Made by a program: the position numbers and the translations under genes. This document shows, one piece after another, positions 48,474-58,564 of a stretch of 64,000 bases of DNA. Numbering within the stretch: position 1 is the stretch's first letter; each line of letters starts with the position of its first letter. The DNA is taken from NCBI GenBank assembly GCA_043813585.1, contig JBDRKW010000020.1:129185-193184 (forward strand). Direction: 5' to 3'. A model generated the notes under the pieces. It was given only the letters and a program-made list of their open reading frames with translations. It searched no databases and was not told where the DNA came from. Source of the stretch: Candidatus Kerfeldbacteria bacterium (GTDB taxonomy: Bacteria; Patescibacteriota; Patescibacteriia; UBA9570; XYC2-FULL-38-9).

Positions 48474-49418
48474 TTAATCGTTTCGGTGACGGTCCAACCA
48501 TACAAGCAAACCGTTTTGCCCGTGCATCCTATTTTCCGCCTGGTCCAATATAACGGCATTGCTGTGATCCATTGCATCCCTTGAGATTTCATAACCGATG
48601 TGGCACGGCATGCAGTGCATAATTTTTGCCTGAGGAGCATAGGTATCGATTGTTTCTGCATTCAGCTGGAACGGCTTGAACATTTCCATTCGCATATTAT
48701 ACTCTTCTTTGAACTCTTCCTTCACCTGTCCGTTCTCGAAAAATTCCATATCCACCCACGTATCGGTATGCACAAAGTCCGCGCCGGTCAATCCTTCCTT
48801 CAGATTTGTCGTGTAGGTCACCAAGCCGGTATCGTTTGCCATTTTATTCAACTCTTCATCAACGCTGATCTCGTGCACTTTGGGTGCAATAATGGCAATT
48901 TCAATCCCGAGCTTTGTTGCCGCAAGCTTCAACGTGTTCGAAACATTATTCTCAATGCCTAACCACGCAATCTTCTTAATATTTTCCAATCCGCCAGCTT
49001 TCTCAATCATGGTAAGAAAATCACTCAGTGCCTGGCACGGATGGTATTTTTCACTGCACCCGTCTATGACGGGAATCCTGTTAAACGATGCTGCCACTTC
49101 CACATCCTCCGCGCGCATCGCGCGCATCATCAGAATATCGCCAAACCGCATCACAGCCTGGATCTCATCCTTATAATCAGTCAGTGAAAATTGCGACGTT
49201 TTTTGGTCAAGGAATATCCCATGCCCACCGAGCCTGGTCATACCCGCCTCAAATGATAACCTCGTTCGCGTGGACCCTTTCTGAAACAGTATGATAGTTG
49301 TCTTCTGCTTCAATGCGTCCTGGTACGTTTCAGGGTTCGCCTTGATATCCGACGCAAGTTCAAGAATCTCCTTAAGTTCATCGGCAGAAACGTCTTTGAG
49401 ATGGATAAAATGTCTCAT
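48474..49418 (-). CDS. Ornithine-carbamoyltransferase-family transcarbamylase with non-canonical substrate loop
   Basis: STRTR, HPCQ and HCMP (OTCase-type rather than the ATCase HPLP) and IENNVSNTL (OTCase DxNNVxNS-like). The ornithine-binding SMG loop reads HTDTWVDMEF. Confidence 0.7.
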   Translation of the reverse strand: MRHFIHLKDVSADELKEILELASDIKANPETYQDALKQKTTIILFQKGSTRTRLSFEAGMTRLGGHGIFLDQKTSQFSLTDYKDEIQAVMRFGDILMMRAMRAEDVEVAASFNRIPVIDGCSEKYHPCQALSDFLTMIEKAGGLENIKKIAWLGIENNVSNTLKLAATKLGIEIAIIAPKVHEISVDEELNKMANDTGLVTYTTNLKEGLTGADFVHTDTWVDMEFFENGQVKEEFKEEYNMRMEMFKPFQLNAETIDTYAPQAKIMHCMPCHIGYEISRDAMDHSNAVILDQAENRMHGQNGLLVWLDRHRND

Positions 49419-49427
49419 ATGCGTATA

Positions 49428-50612
49428 TTAAACTGCTTTGTTATCAATTATTGTAAATAACGGCCAGCCCTGGAGCTCCATCCCCTCGTACGGCGTCCAT
49501 CCGCATTTTGTTTTCAGCCGCTCTTTTGACACGGTCTGCTTCTTCGCCATATCAACGACTGTTCCGCACTGACCTAACGACGGCAGGTTGAATATGGCTA
49601 TCGGCTTGGTATGCATTGCATCGATTAATCGGTCTAAACCGATTTTCCCCTCGTTCACCGCATTCAGCATTAAAGATAAAACAGTATCAATCTCCGGTAT
49701 GCCTGCAGGCGCTGTTTCGTAACCACTCTCCTTCTCCGCCGGTAAATGCGGCGCATGGTCAGTGCTGATCACATCGATTGTTCCGTCCCGTAATCCCGCC
49801 CATAGCGCTTCATTATCCTCTGCAGTTCGCAGCGGCGGATTCACCTTCACATAATCACCCCACTGTTCATAGTGTAATTCATTCAGGAACAAATGATGTG
49901 GCGTCACTTCCGCAAATACGGGCAGTCCGTCATTTTTTGCTTCACGTATCAGATCAACCTCTTCTTTTGTAGAGATATGCGCAATAACTGTCGGCTTATT
50001 AAACTCGCGCACCAATTCAAGCACCATCTTTACAGCGCTTACTGCAACAGCGCGATCTCGAACGCGAGAATGCTTATCACTACCGGAATAATCCGCAAGC
50101 TTCTCGGCATTTTCACTGATCATCACGTCATCTTCAGCATGAACAACAATGACCTTATCCCATTGTTCGTATATTCTGCGTAGCTCATTCTCAGAATCAA
50201 CAAGCAGATCACCGGTTGAAGAACCGACATATATTTTCAGCCCGACCACATCATCGGCAATTCCATTATCCGGTACCACAGTGCCGGATGCGCCTAAATT
50301 GAAAAACGCATGCAAGCCATACTTCTTTTGGCTATGTACTAGAGACTTTTTTTGCTTATAGGTGGCAGCATCAACCATGGCCGGCGTATTATTCGGCATG
50401 TCGATGACCGCGCATATTCCTCCAAACACAGCGGCCTCCGACCCTGTGACCCAGTCTTCTTTCTGCTCTGCACCGGGCACTCGAAAATGAACATGACAAT
50501 CAACAAGGGCTGGCAATAAAACCAACCTCCGCGCTGTTACCTTTTGCTTCACATCCTCCCAATCGCCGTCATCCAGCCATTGCTGCAATTCTTCCTTTGA
50601 TAATTCGGCCAT
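49428..50612 (-). CDS. pyrC: Dihydroorotase
   Basis: DCHVHFRVPG metal-binding motif, amidohydrolase fold, 394 aa. Confidence 0.8.
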   Translation of the reverse strand: MAELSKEELQQWLDDGDWEDVKQKVTARRLVLLPALVDCHVHFRVPGAEQKEDWVTGSEAAVFGGICAVIDMPNNTPAMVDAATYKQKKSLVHSQKKYGLHAFFNLGASGTVVPDNGIADDVVGLKIYVGSSTGDLLVDSENELRRIYEQWDKVIVVHAEDDVMISENAEKLADYSGSDKHSRVRDRAVAVSAVKMVLELVREFNKPTVIAHISTKEEVDLIREAKNDGLPVFAEVTPHHLFLNELHYEQWGDYVKVNPPLRTAEDNEALWAGLRDGTIDVISTDHAPHLPAEKESGYETAPAGIPEIDTVLSLMLNAVNEGKIGLDRLIDAMHTKPIAIFNLPSLGQCGTVVDMAKKQTVSKERLKTKCGWTPYEGMELQGWPLFTIIDNKAV

Positions 50613-51058
50613 TACTTGATCTCGTCAGGACTAAACAGCTTTTCGCAATAATGGCACTTCACCTGCATCTCATTATTTTTAAACAAGGGGTAAAATTTAG
50701 GCTGTTCTGGATCCATATTCGTTATGCATTTCGGATTCGGGCACTTGCCGATATTCTCAAACACTTCCGGCAATTCAGCCGTATATTTCTTTACGATCTT
50801 GAAATCGCGAATGATATTGATCGTGGCTTCCGGCGCAATGAGAGCAACTTGGTTGACGTCCTCCGGTGTTAACTCTTTATCCTCGATCTTAATCAGATCT
50901 TTCTTCGCCCGCTTCTTTGATTTGAAATTCGCGCCCATGGTTACAAAATTGCCGCTCTCAATCAGCTTTAACATACGTATCAGACGTATTGCCTGGCCGG
51001 CCGGGATATGATCAATAACCGTTCCGTTCTTGATTGTAAATACTTTAAATGCTCGCAT
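50612..51058 (-). CDS. pyrI: Aspartate carbamoyltransferase regulatory subunit
   Basis: MRAFKVFTIKNGTVIDHIPAGQAIRLIRML, C-terminal zinc domain CPNPKC...CHYC. Confidence 0.85.
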   Translation of the reverse strand: MRAFKVFTIKNGTVIDHIPAGQAIRLIRMLKLIESGNFVTMGANFKSKKRAKKDLIKIEDKELTPEDVNQVALIAPEATINIIRDFKIVKKYTAELPEVFENIGKCPNPKCITNMDPEQPKFYPLFKNNEMQVKCHYCEKLFSPDEIK

Positions 51059-51063
51059 AGTGG

Positions 51064-51981
51064 TTATTTTACTTTGCCTAATACTAATGAAAGAACCGCC
51101 TGACGGGCAAAGAGACCGTTCTCAGCCTGTTGAAAATAGTATGCGTATTTCGTATTATCGACAGCCGGATCAATTTCATTGACGCGCGGCAGCGGATGCA
51201 TCACTTTCATATTCGGCTTTACTTTCTCCAGCATGTCCGTTGATAAAACATAAACATTTTTTACGCGTTCATATTCTAACGGATCCGGGAATCGTTCTTT
51301 CTGAATGCGCGTCATATAGATGATATCAACCTTATTGATGACGCTTTCAATTTTGTCATGAAGGCTAAATTTAATGTTGCGCTCCTTCAGATACTGCTGG
51401 ATATGCATTGGCATCTGGAGTGCATCCGGTGCAACAAAATAGAGCCGCGCATCGTAATGCGCCAGCGCCTGCGCCAGCGAATGCGTCGTGCGTCCGAATT
51501 TCAAATCGCCTACCAACGCGATTGAGAGGCCTGTCAGTTTTTTCTGCGACTCTTTAATGCTAAATAAATCCAACAGCGTTTGCGTCGGATGCTGATTTGC
51601 CCCATCTCCGCCGTTAATAACCGGTTTGTCGGTCGCTTCCGCAGCCAGCCGTGCCGAACCTTCAGCCGGGTGCCGCATGGCAATCACGTCTGCATACAAC
51701 CCAATATTCTTGATAGAATCATGCAGTGATTCACCTTTTGCAGTTGATGAAACGCCTGCTTCGGCAAAACCGATAATGCTCATACCTAACCGTTCCGCAG
51801 CCGTTTCAAACGACAAACGCGTTCGTGTCGACGGTTCGTAGAACAGGCTTGCCATCACATAGTCCTTTAAGAGTGACGGCTTTGGAGCCTTTTTCATTTT
51901 TTCCGCTACCTGCAGGATATGGTTAATTTCCTGTTTCGTCAGGTCCGTAATGGAAATGATGTCTCTTCCCTTGAAATTCAT
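51064..51981 (-). CDS. pyrB: Aspartate carbamoyltransferase catalytic subunit
   Basis: STRTR, HPTQ-region, VGDLKFGRTTHSL and HPLPR motifs. Confidence 0.9.
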   Translation of the reverse strand: MNFKGRDIISITDLTKQEINHILQVAEKMKKAPKPSLLKDYVMASLFYEPSTRTRLSFETAAERLGMSIIGFAEAGVSSTAKGESLHDSIKNIGLYADVIAMRHPAEGSARLAAEATDKPVINGGDGANQHPTQTLLDLFSIKESQKKLTGLSIALVGDLKFGRTTHSLAQALAHYDARLYFVAPDALQMPMHIQQYLKERNIKFSLHDKIESVINKVDIIYMTRIQKERFPDPLEYERVKNVYVLSTDMLEKVKPNMKVMHPLPRVNEIDPAVDNTKYAYYFQQAENGLFARQAVLSLVLGKVK

Positions 51982-52054
51982 ACTATTACAATGTGTTAAT
52001 AATCGAATGGTCCGCGTCTATTGTACAATTTCTAACGCTGATGCACAACATATT

Positions 52055-55000
52055 CTAAGAAGATTTCTCATACTCGTTCCAGGATTTGGGCTCCAGTGCA
52101 ATTTCGCCCTTTTTTAGGCGATAAAATGCCTGAATAAACGTCTTTGCCAACTGCGCGTTTGAGATCATTGCGACGTTATGGTCAATAGCCATTCTCCGAA
52201 TCTGATAACCGTCAGTAACCGTCTTTCGGTTGTAATGGCGCGGAATATTAATAATAAAGTCAATCTGCCCCTGTTCCAGATATTGAAGTACATTCGGCTG
52301 CTTTTTTTGCGATACCTTATACAACGACTTCACCGGAATCCGCTCTTTTTCTCTCAAATATGCGGCCGTATGCTCGGTGGCTAAAATATTAAAACCGAGT
52401 TCATGCAGCTGTCGAATATATTTTGACAAGCGCGCTTTCTGCTCTTCCGGCCCGATTGCAACTAAAATATTCTTTTTCGGCAACCGGAGGTCTGCCGCCA
52501 TGAGCGCCTTTAAAACGGCTTCATGGTATGAATCACCAAAACACGCGACCTCTCCGGTGGAACCCATTTCGACATAGAGAACCGGATCCGCGCCCTTGAT
52601 GCGCGAATATGAGAACTGGGGCGCCTTCACCGCCACATAATCCAAATCAAGCGTGTTGTATTCGCCGCGAATATCTTCACCGAGCATGGACTTGGTTGCC
52701 ATCTCGATAAAATTGTACTTTGTCGCTTTGGATACGAACGGAAAGCTGCGCGATGCCCGCAAGTTCAGCTCAATAACACGCAGCGTGTTTCCCTTGGCTA
52801 GAAACTGAATATTGAACGGCCCGGTGATCTGGAGCTCCTGTAGAATATTTTTCGTTATGCGCTTGATCTTACGAATCGTTTCCAAATAGGTTTTCTGCGG
52901 AGGCGTGACGACCGTTGCATCGCCTGAATGCACTCCCGCGTTTTCAATATGTTCCGTGAATGCGTAAATGACCAGCTCGCCGTTCTGCGCAACTCCATCA
53001 ATTTCCACTTCCCGGGCATCCTTGATGAACTTTGAAATAACTACGGGATGATCCTTTGATACCAGCGATGCTTCTTCCAGGTACTGCGTTAGCCCTTCTT
53101 CATTAAACGCTATATTCATTGCGGCGCCGGAGAGCACATACGACGGCCGTATCAGTACGGGATATTCTGCCTTTTTCGCAAATGCAACGGCCTGGCTCAT
53201 TGTCGTCAGCTCGCGCCATTCAGGCTGCTCAACGCCCAAATCATCAAGCAGCGATGAAAATTTATTCCGGTCTTCCGCCTGGTCAATATGCTCTGCTGAC
53301 GTGCCAAGTATCTTTACTCCGGCTTCATGCAGCGGAATCGCAAGATTATTCGGCGTCTGGCCTCCCATGGAAACGATAACGCCGTGAGGCGATTCAAAAT
53401 CATGGATATCCATCACGCGCTCCCATGACAATTCCTCAAAATATAACCGGTCGCACGTGTCATAGTCCGTTGACACTGTTTCAGGGTTGCAGTTGATCAT
53501 CACGGTCTGAAAGCCCTTGATCGACGCGGTCTTCACCGCCTCAACACAGCACCAGTCAAACTCCACTGACGAACCGATGCGGTAGGGGCCGCTCCCGAGC
53601 ACGGCAACTGATTTTCTTCCTTTCCGAATGTCGTTCTCAGACCCGTTGTACGTCATGTACAGGTAATTTGTCTGCGAAGGGAACTCACCGGCAAGCGTAT
53701 CGATCTGCTTCACGACGGGCATGACGCCCATTTTCTTTCTGCGCGCCCGGATCGCCCGTTCTGTCGACCCGCGAAGATCCGCAATCTGCTTGTCGGAAAA
53801 ACCGAATTGCTTTGCTTCGCGCATAATGGAAGGGGTGAGCTTTTTTGCTCGTTTGATGTTTTTCTCAAAACGCACAATACGAAACAACTTCTCTAAAAAC
53901 CATCTGTCGATCTTTGTCTCCCTATGTAGCTCCTCTGCAGTTTTCCCGGACCGCATTGCCATGCAGAGTGCGAACAACCGACGGTCTGTCGGGTGCATAA
54001 TTTCATCCTGAACATCATCAATCACAATATCCCCGCCAACAACGCCATCCGCGCCAATACTTAACATGCGGGCTGCTTTTTGGATCGCTTCTTCAAATGT
54101 CCGGCCGATTGCCATGACCTCGCCGACGCTCTTCATCTCTGACCCGATGCGGCGGCTGGCCGCCTTGAACTTTGTTAAATCCCAGCGTGGAATTTTGATC
54201 GCGACATAATCCAACGCCGGCTCAAAACAGGCCTGCGTCTTGCCTGTAATAGTATTCTGAACATCTAGCATGCTATATCCTAACGAAAGTTTCGCTGCCA
54301 CCCAGGCCAGCGGATAGCCGGTTGCCTTTGATGCCAGCGCGGATGAACGCGACAGCCGCGCATTCACCTCAATAACGCGGTACTCGCCGTTTTTTGGGTT
54401 AAGCGCATATTGAATGTTGCATTCCCCCACTATCCCCAAATGCCGAACGGTCTTTAACGCGATTGTACGCAGCCCGTGGTACTCCTCGTTCGTCAATGTT
54501 TGGGATGGCGCAATGACGATGCTCTCACCCGTATGGATCCCCATCGGATCAAAATTTTCCATGTTGCAGACGGTCACGCAATTGTCATACTCGTCACGCA
54601 CCACTTCATATTCAATTTCTTTCCAGCCGCCCAAATATTCTTCCAATAACACCTGCTGCACTGATGAAAAGACTTCCTTCAGCCGCCGTTCGAGCTCCGC
54701 TTCATTTCGTATCATGCCGGAACCCAGACCGCCCAACGAATAGGCGGAACGTATCATTAATGGGTATCCAAGCTCTCTGCCGGCTTCTTTTGCTTCGCCG
54801 ATAGTTCGAACTGCGAAACTCCTTGCCGTATCCACGTTTATTGTCGAAAGCTGCTTCGCAAAGAGATCGCGATCTTCGGTGTTTTCAATCGCATATGTCG
54901 GCGTTCCCAGCACGCGGACGCCAAATCGCTGTAAAATACCGCGCTTATCAAGTTCCAGGCCGACATTCAACGCGGTCTGGCCGCCAAAGCTCAATAAAAT

Positions 55001-55261
55001 TCCGTCAGGCCGTTCCTTCTCAATAACCTGCCTGACCTCATCCGAACGAACGGGAAGAAAGTACGTCTCATCCGCCATATCTTTATCCGTCTGGACGGTG
55101 GCGATATTCGGGTTGATGAGAACCGTTGCAATTCCCTCTTCTTTCATCGCTTTAATCGCCTGCGATCCGGAGTAATCAAATTCACCGGCCTGGCCGATGC
55201 GCAAACCTCCTGAACCCAGGATCAATACTTTTTTCGGTTTTGAAACAGAAGAGGATGTCAT
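52055..55261 (-). CDS. carB: Carbamoyl-phosphate synthase large subunit
   Basis: 1068 aa, duplicated ATP-grasp halves plus a C-terminal MGS-like domain. Confidence 0.9.
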   Translation of the reverse strand: MTSSSVSKPKKVLILGSGGLRIGQAGEFDYSGSQAIKAMKEEGIATVLINPNIATVQTDKDMADETYFLPVRSDEVRQVIEKERPDGILLSFGGQTALNVGLELDKRGILQRFGVRVLGTPTYAIENTEDRDLFAKQLSTINVDTARSFAVRTIGEAKEAGRELGYPLMIRSAYSLGGLGSGMIRNEAELERRLKEVFSSVQQVLLEEYLGGWKEIEYEVVRDEYDNCVTVCNMENFDPMGIHTGESIVIAPSQTLTNEEYHGLRTIALKTVRHLGIVGECNIQYALNPKNGEYRVIEVNARLSRSSALASKATGYPLAWVAAKLSLGYSMLDVQNTITGKTQACFEPALDYVAIKIPRWDLTKFKAASRRIGSEMKSVGEVMAIGRTFEEAIQKAARMLSIGADGVVGGDIVIDDVQDEIMHPTDRRLFALCMAMRSGKTAEELHRETKIDRWFLEKLFRIVRFEKNIKRAKKLTPSIMREAKQFGFSDKQIADLRGSTERAIRARRKKMGVMPVVKQIDTLAGEFPSQTNYLYMTYNGSENDIRKGRKSVAVLGSGPYRIGSSVEFDWCCVEAVKTASIKGFQTVMINCNPETVSTDYDTCDRLYFEELSWERVMDIHDFESPHGVIVSMGGQTPNNLAIPLHEAGVKILGTSAEHIDQAEDRNKFSSLLDDLGVEQPEWRELTTMSQAVAFAKKAEYPVLIRPSYVLSGAAMNIAFNEEGLTQYLEEASLVSKDHPVVISKFIKDAREVEIDGVAQNGELVIYAFTEHIENAGVHSGDATVVTPPQKTYLETIRKIKRITKNILQELQITGPFNIQFLAKGNTLRVIELNLRASRSFPFVSKATKYNFIEMATKSMLGEDIRGEYNTLDLDYVAVKAPQFSYSRIKGADPVLYVEMGSTGEVACFGDSYHEAVLKALMAADLRLPKKNILVAIGPEEQKARLSKYIRQLHELGFNILATEHTAAYLREKERIPVKSLYKVSQKKQPNVLQYLEQGQIDFIINIPRHYNRKTVTDGYQIRRMAIDHNVAMISNAQLAKTFIQAFYRLKKGEIALEPKSWNEYEKSS

Positions 55262-56328
55262 TGTTTCTTGACCAGTGAGATAAAATCATCAAACAGGTAC
55301 TCCGTATCTTCCGGGCCCGGGTTTGCCTCGGGATGAAACTGCACGGAAAAATGCGGTTTGCTCGCATGGCGAATTCCTTCAACTGTGCCGTCATTTGCAT
55401 TGGTGAACCATACATGCCACCACTTTGGCATGGTTGACTCGCGGACGGCAAAACCATGGTTCTGCGTAGTGAGGTAGCAGCGTCCGCTCATTCGGTCAAC
55501 GCATGGCTGGTTTTGCGACCGATGCCCGTATTTTAGCTTGTACGTCTTCGCTCCTGCTGCCAATCCGAGAATCTGCGAACCAAGGCATATCCCAAATATT
55601 GGCTTGGGCGAGTGTAATACTGTTTTCAGATGCGCTATCGTTGCATCAGCCATCTGCGGGTCTCCCGGTCCGTTTGAAATAAATAATCCATCCCAATCTT
55701 CATTGGTGAAATCATAATCCCATGGAACGCGCTTCACAGTTACGCCGCGTTCTGTCAATTTTCGTAAAATGCTCAATTTCATGCCACAATCAACAGCAAT
55801 CACTTTCTTTTTACCGCTACCGTACGTTATTGAACGGGCAGGGCTCACTTCTGCGACTAAATTTCGCTCATTCGGATCAGCAATGTACTTTTTTCCGCGC
55901 GAAGAACCAACCACAATCTGCCCGAGCATGACACCGTGTTCCCGTAGTTTCTTTGTCACTGCCCTCGTATCAATACCGTAAATCGCAGGAACGGAAGATT
56001 CATCCAGCCATTCATGCAGTGACTTTATCGCACCTGCATGTGAATAATCATCTGAATAATACTGGACGATCAAACCCTGGATTTTAACGCCGTCTGATTC
56101 AAACGGGCCCTTAGAAACGCCGTAGTTCCCCACAATTGGATAGGTCATCACTAGAATCTGGTCCTTGAACGACGGGTCGGTAAATGCTTCCGGATACCCG
56201 ACCATGCCGGTCCCGAAGACGATCTCTCCCTGTGTATTGGTCGCCGATCCGAAAGAATATCCCTCAAATCGCGTCCCGTCCTCAAGTACGAGCGCCGCGC
56301 GTATTCTGTTATTCACACCATTCGTCAT
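55258..56328 (-). CDS. carA: Carbamoyl-phosphate synthase small (glutamine amidotransferase) subunit
   Basis: CPSase small-chain N-domain plus a class I GATase domain (GICLGHQ-like ICLGSQ, HPE). Confidence 0.9.
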   Translation of the reverse strand: MTNGVNNRIRAALVLEDGTRFEGYSFGSATNTQGEIVFGTGMVGYPEAFTDPSFKDQILVMTYPIVGNYGVSKGPFESDGVKIQGLIVQYYSDDYSHAGAIKSLHEWLDESSVPAIYGIDTRAVTKKLREHGVMLGQIVVGSSRGKKYIADPNERNLVAEVSPARSITYGSGKKKVIAVDCGMKLSILRKLTERGVTVKRVPWDYDFTNEDWDGLFISNGPGDPQMADATIAHLKTVLHSPKPIFGICLGSQILGLAAGAKTYKLKYGHRSQNQPCVDRMSGRCYLTTQNHGFAVRESTMPKWWHVWFTNANDGTVEGIRHASKPHFSVQFHPEANPGPEDTEYLFDDFISLVKKQ

Positions 56329-56415
56329 ATGATAAATAAATATCCCCCGTCAGGGAGACTCAAATACGCTTATATGCTGCATTAATACTGCGTATCGATT
56401 GTTCATGCTGCGCAT

Positions 56416-56444
56416 ACTATACAACAAATGTATCCCTGTTACAA
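56416..56444 (-). promoter_or_regulatory. Candidate promoter of the car-pyr operon (TTGTAA-N17-TATAGT on minus strand)
   Basis: Reverse complement of 56439-56444 is TTGTAA and of 56416-56421 is TATAGT, about 85 nt upstream of carA. Weak -35. Confidence 0.3.
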
Positions 56445-56620
56445 TACTGGATAGAAGATAATATGTGTGGAAAAAAATATGGGTAAAATAATTATCGCGA
56501 TTCTCGCCATTATTCTCGTTGCAGCCGCCATCGGCGTTCTGATTTTGGGCACGGCAACATCTTAAGCTGCGGCACTGCGATTGAAGAACGCGAGGTGAAC
56601 AACCGCTTTAAAAGATAATT

Positions 56621-58138
56621 CTATTTCTTCAGTTTCTTCTCGAGCAGCTCCGTGGCAATCTCCGGATTGACCTTGCCTTTGGTCGCTTTCATCACCTGCC
56701 CCACCAAAAACATCAATACTTTTTCTTTGCCTGATTTGTATTCTGCCACAACTTCCGGATTTTTGTTGATGACTCCCTCTACTGCGGCATCAATCTCGTT
56801 GGCGTCGCCCATCTGTTCGAGCTGATGGTCCTGCATAATAAGGCTCGGATCCCCGCCTTCGTCATACATGATTTTCAGGATATGCTGGCCGGCTGACGAG
56901 TTAATGCGCTTTTCAAACACGAGCGTCAGCAGCTCGGCAAAATTTTCTGCGGTGAACGGGACTGAAGAAAAATCTTCACCCGCTTTTTTTAGCAGGCCGA
57001 ATAATTCAGATGTCAGCCATGAAAAGGTCATTCTGCCCAATTTGCTGCGGTACTTCTTCCAGATCTCGTCATCTGAACCCGGTTCATCTTCCAGCGAATA
57101 AAGCCACGCCCGGAGTTCCGACATGGTGCGTTCAAAAAACTCGCCAACTGCAGGATCTTCGGTCAGAAGCTTGGCGTCATGATAACTCAACGCATATTCA
57201 TCCTTAAACCGGATTCGGCGCACATAGGGCAGTTCGGGCAGCTTTGCAAGAAGCGACCTGATCTCTTCATCCGAGCGATGCAGCGGCGGCAAGTCGGGTT
57301 CCGGAAAATAGCGATAATCAGCCGCCTCTTCTTTTGTGCGCTGCTCCACTGTAATGCCGCGCTTATCATCCCAACCGCGCGTCGTAATCTGTTCCGGCGC
57401 CTTGTGGTCTTCCCATAATGCGGTCTGCCTTTCAATTTCATACTCCAGCGCCCGTTCTATCGACCGGAACGAATTCATGTTCTTTATTTCCGTCTTTGGA
57501 TACAACGCAGTGTCGCCGATCGGCCGCAATGAAATATTAGCATCACACCGCAGATGCCCTTTTTCCATGTCCGCATGTGAAGCGCCGATATAGCGGGCGA
57601 CCTGCTGAAGCTCCTGCACGAACGCTTTTGCCTCGCCGGCGGAACGAATATCCGGTTGCGTGACCAATTCCACTAATGGAGCTCCTGCACGGTTAAAGTC
57701 GATCAGCGTCTGCCCTTCCGTATCATGACGCGATTTTGCCGCATCTTCTTCCAGATGGAGCCGCTCAATGCGAATGCGCTTCGGCTCCATGTCATCCGCA
57801 TACAGCTCGTAGTAGCCATTGGTCGCAATCGGCATATCGTATTGCGAAATTTGGTAGCCCTTGGGCAAGTCGGGATAAAAATAATTCTTGCGGTCGAACT
57901 TCGTCTCTTTTGTAATCTCACAGGACAACGCAAGCGCAAGCATGGTTCCAAGGCGCACCGCTTCATCGTTTAACTGCGGCAACGTTCCTGGATGCCCCAT
58001 GCAAATCGGACAGATATGTTCATTTGGAATCTCGCTGTCCTTATTCCCCGAACCACAATACATCTTCGACTGTGTCTTAAGGCGAATATGTATTTCGAGT
58101 CCGATTACTGCTTCGTATTGGTCCTTTTTTTCTGCCAT
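56621..58138 (-). CDS. gatB: Asp-tRNA(Asn)/Glu-tRNA(Gln) amidotransferase subunit B
   Basis: MAEKKDQYEAVIGLEIHIRLKTQSKMYCG... GatB profile, C-terminal YqeY-like domain. Confidence 0.9.
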   Translation of the reverse strand: MAEKKDQYEAVIGLEIHIRLKTQSKMYCGSGNKDSEIPNEHICPICMGHPGTLPQLNDEAVRLGTMLALALSCEITKETKFDRKNYFYPDLPKGYQISQYDMPIATNGYYELYADDMEPKRIRIERLHLEEDAAKSRHDTEGQTLIDFNRAGAPLVELVTQPDIRSAGEAKAFVQELQQVARYIGASHADMEKGHLRCDANISLRPIGDTALYPKTEIKNMNSFRSIERALEYEIERQTALWEDHKAPEQITTRGWDDKRGITVEQRTKEEAADYRYFPEPDLPPLHRSDEEIRSLLAKLPELPYVRRIRFKDEYALSYHDAKLLTEDPAVGEFFERTMSELRAWLYSLEDEPGSDDEIWKKYRSKLGRMTFSWLTSELFGLLKKAGEDFSSVPFTAENFAELLTLVFEKRINSSAGQHILKIMYDEGGDPSLIMQDHQLEQMGDANEIDAAVEGVINKNPEVVAEYKSGKEKVLMFLVGQVMKATKGKVNPEIATELLEKKLKK

Positions 58139-58141
58139 AGA

Positions 58142-58564
58142 TTATAAACCGGTACTTCCAAAACCGCCTTCGCCGCGATCTGTCGCATCCAGCGCGTCAA
58201 CGAGTTCAACGGACGGCGAAACGACGGGTTGAATAAGAATTTGGGCAATCTTCTGATGCTTTTCAATGACAACCGGCTCCTGTCCCAGGTTATTGAGGAC
58301 AATCTTCACTTCCCCCCTATACCCCTCATCAATAACTCCTGCCATGGTCTTTAATCCTTCTTTCACGGCGCGTCCGCTTTTATCCCACACCAATGCCACA
58401 TGGCCGGTAGGAATCTGCATGGCAATACCTGTCGGGACTGCGTGACGCTGACCGGGCTGTAAGGTGACTTCTTCGAGTGCGAAAATATCCATGCCCGCAT
58501 CGCCTTGGTGAGCATATTCAGGAATCTTGGCGTTTTCATGCAGCTTCTGAACCTTTACCGTCAT
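58142..58564 (-). CDS. dut: dUTP diphosphatase
   Basis: Five dUTPase motifs (GDAGMDI, GLKTMAGVIDEGYRGE, GGFGSTG). Confidence 0.85.
   Translation of the reverse strand: MTVKVQKLHENAKIPEYAHQGDAGMDIFALEEVTLQPGQRHAVPTGIAMQIPTGHVALVWDKSGRAVKEGLKTMAGVIDEGYRGEVKIVLNNLGQEPVVIEKHQKIAQILIQPVVSPSVELVDALDATDRGEGGFGSTGL

Noticed and set aside
56329-56410. PyrR-binding anti-antiterminator / attenuator in the carA leader
   Set aside because: Only a loose resemblance (AGUC...GGAUA) to the PyrR box consensus. There is no pyrR gene in the operon and no clear terminator/antiterminator alternative hairpins.
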